Positions 61,830 to 64,000 of a stretch of 64,000 nucleotides of DNA are shown piece after piece. Origin of the DNA: Nemertoderma westbladi (lineage: Eukaryota > Animalia > Xenacoelomorpha); the NCBI GenBank assembly GCA_032718475.1, contig JAUCBJ010001005.1, positions 10,751 through 74,750 on the forward strand, written 5' to 3'. Under the pieces are notes generated by a model. The model worked only from the letters and a program-made list of their open reading frames with translations. It searched no databases and was not told the DNA's origin. Position numbers and translations under genes: made by a program. Each line of letters opens with the position of its first letter. The first letter of the stretch is position 1.

Positions 61830-62236
61830 AACAAAATGTTCTAGAATATGAGGTATTTATTTAATAGAATAAAATAGCCTCGTGCAGATGCAAAACATGC
61901 GTCTTTTGAACTCACGTTTTTTTAACGAACATTTTTCAACCAAATTCAGATTCTGTTACATATCTGGAATCCTTGCATGGCCAACTTTCTAACAGTACCA
62001 ACAGATATTGTAACTATAAGGTTGAAGAATAACTGCGGTGTAACTGGTGCAATATCGACGGAGACACTTTTTTTTTAAAAGCTTGTAGCTAAAGAATGAA
62101 AGCAAAAATAAAAATTATGGCTCACCCAGCAGGAGGAGGAGGGGGGAGGTGAAACTATGTTTCAAATTAAAAATTTGAAAACAGATAAAATTTGAGGGGT
62201 CCAAGTCACTGAATTACACTATATTCCGAGACATGG
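61830..62236 (+). repeat. Interspersed repeat family A, copy 3
   Basis: Colinear with 60576-61002. Confidence 0.75.
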
Positions 62237-63089
62237 ACGACACTACGTATAGGCGGCTATAAGTGAGCCTGGTGTGGTATAACAACCATAATACATGGCT
62301 CGCCCCATAAATATGGGACGAGAATTGTACTGTACCGAAGCGGATACAAGGCAGCAAGGTCTTTTAACAATTATTATGAGTAAAAAATTACTTTCAATTC
62401 AACTACTTCCCAAAATGTGCTGTTCCGGCCAGGGATCGAATCTGGGTCCTCACATCGATAGAGAGGTAATGTATTCTAGGCCTAACACTGGACAAAGCAG
62501 TTGATTGCACAAACACTATTAAAGTCGATGTTTATTAAATCCAACATAATCATCATTGCTGATCGATCATATACTGTACTATCAAAATAATCTGTTATCA
62601 GCATTAATCTGTTATTAGTGTTATTAAAGGGTGGGGTTGGGGTGGCCTACTGGGCAAGTTTAATCCGAGACATTGTCTGTGGCTTACTTTAATACCTGAA
62701 CGATTTACTTTGAGTAGCTACAGTACTATACAAGGTATAACAATAGGTGGGCTGATTATAATCTATAACTTAACTCTATTATGGCCATTTGTATGTTAAC
62801 AATAAGCACCCCTATATAACCTCATTTCATAAGGTTCCCTTTAAATAGTCGAGCCCAGGCGTTAATTATTATTCGCGATTTAGAATAATTTAACATGTAT
62901 ACCCAGTGAACTGAAGGTGCAACATCTGTTGTCCTATAAAATGGAATATATTTACCTATTCTTCGTGTTACAGTGAAACACCATGACTTTTTAATCGACA
63001 ATTCTTTAATTTATAGTGTTTTAATTAGTTGGCCTAGTTGATTACATTACATTATTGTGGTTCTAACTCAGTAAATCTACACAAATACA

Positions 63090-64000
63090 ATGGTTTACCT
63101 TGGGGTTCCCCGATTATTGTGTTATACTAGCCACTATGATTATTCCTGTCAGTGTTTTACTTTATCTTAATGGCTTCTATGAGTCTTCCACCAACAGATA
63201 TTATAAAGCCGCACAAAGTATGACTTTATTTCCCGTCAGCGCGTCGTTGGCAATGACGTTTTATGCTGACGTCATGATCCTCCTACAGACTACACTACTT
63301 ACAGAGGTGTATAGTCATGGGACCCTCTTCATTGTCGTCATAGTTACTAAGTTTATTTCATCTCCAGTTCAATCTTTTGTATTGTTTCCCGTATTTTATA
63401 ATGTTTCACAGGTAAGTTATTTTGTTTTAAGAAACCGCTTTTTTCCTCTCACTAATATTTTTAAAAATAAGTGAATTAATCTACAATTTTTACACTAATA
63501 TTCCAGAAAATTTATTAAAAATAGCTGGTGATAGATATTTTTCTAATAAAACGATTTATTCGCGAAATTCAGATATTCTGCACTATGTATTGAGTTTGCC
63601 ATTTGTTGGGGCATCGTGTAATATCGCTCTGATATAATAGTTGAATTTCGCTAAACTGAAAATTAATTGAAAAAAGCGGCGCTTTCAACGTAGGTCTACT
63701 ATTTTATCGTTTAATGTGCCTTTAATTAAATCATTATTCAAAAAATGTTGCTGCGAAATTATTTAAATATTAAGCGTGAATATTAACGGTTGTTTTGTTT
63801 TATATTTTTAGATTTGCAATTTGACGAGCATCTTCGAATATTTAGAACTGAGATTTAATGCAACCATTCGATTGCTATACAGTTTTATTTACATTGTGAC
63901 CTATCTGATCGCCCTTGGTATAATACTCTACACATCGGCTGTTCTCTTTGATTCAGTGTCCACTATTCCGTTTTACATTGTTTTATGTCTACTTGGACTT
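63090..64000 (+). CDS. Divergent SLC5 sodium:solute symporter (SMVT/SMCT-like), 5' part; exons ~63090-63411 and 63812->64000
   Basis: PDYCVI..SMTLFPVSASL..EVYSHGT..FPVFY, GT-AG phase-0 intron, then LTSIFEYLELRFNATIR..LGIILY; the ATG at 63090 is one base out of frame. Confidence 0.8.

Overview
AT-rich eukaryotic (invertebrate-type) genomic DNA, roughly two-thirds LTR retrotransposon. It holds four kinds of content. (1) A Troyka-type Gypsy element (601-6780, minus strand; CG..CG termini, 3-bp TSD) inserted into the end of a diverged BEL-family LTR. (2) Host genes: a 4-exon secreted CAP/SCP gene plus a duplicate of its last exon, intronless ALG13, SMIM15, and the start of an SLC5-family transporter. 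(3) Two related, very large BEL/Pao elements: E1 (22145-58833, minus, TSD ACCTC) and E2 (38421-58657, plus, TSD GATTG), with E2 nested in inverted orientation inside the 5' LTR of E1. (4) SINEs, MITEs and LINE fragments. The main result concerns the BEL pair. Neither has a tRNA primer-binding site. Instead, the 11-12 nt right after each 5' LTR are exactly complementary to a homologous site in the element's own LTR, and the sequence differs between E1 and E2. This suggests Tf1-like self-priming. Both elements also carry a third ORF (~1400 codons in E2) in the env position, with a DEDDy 3'-5' exonuclease-like domain and three CCHC knuckles. All alignments and counts were made by eye and no database searches were run.
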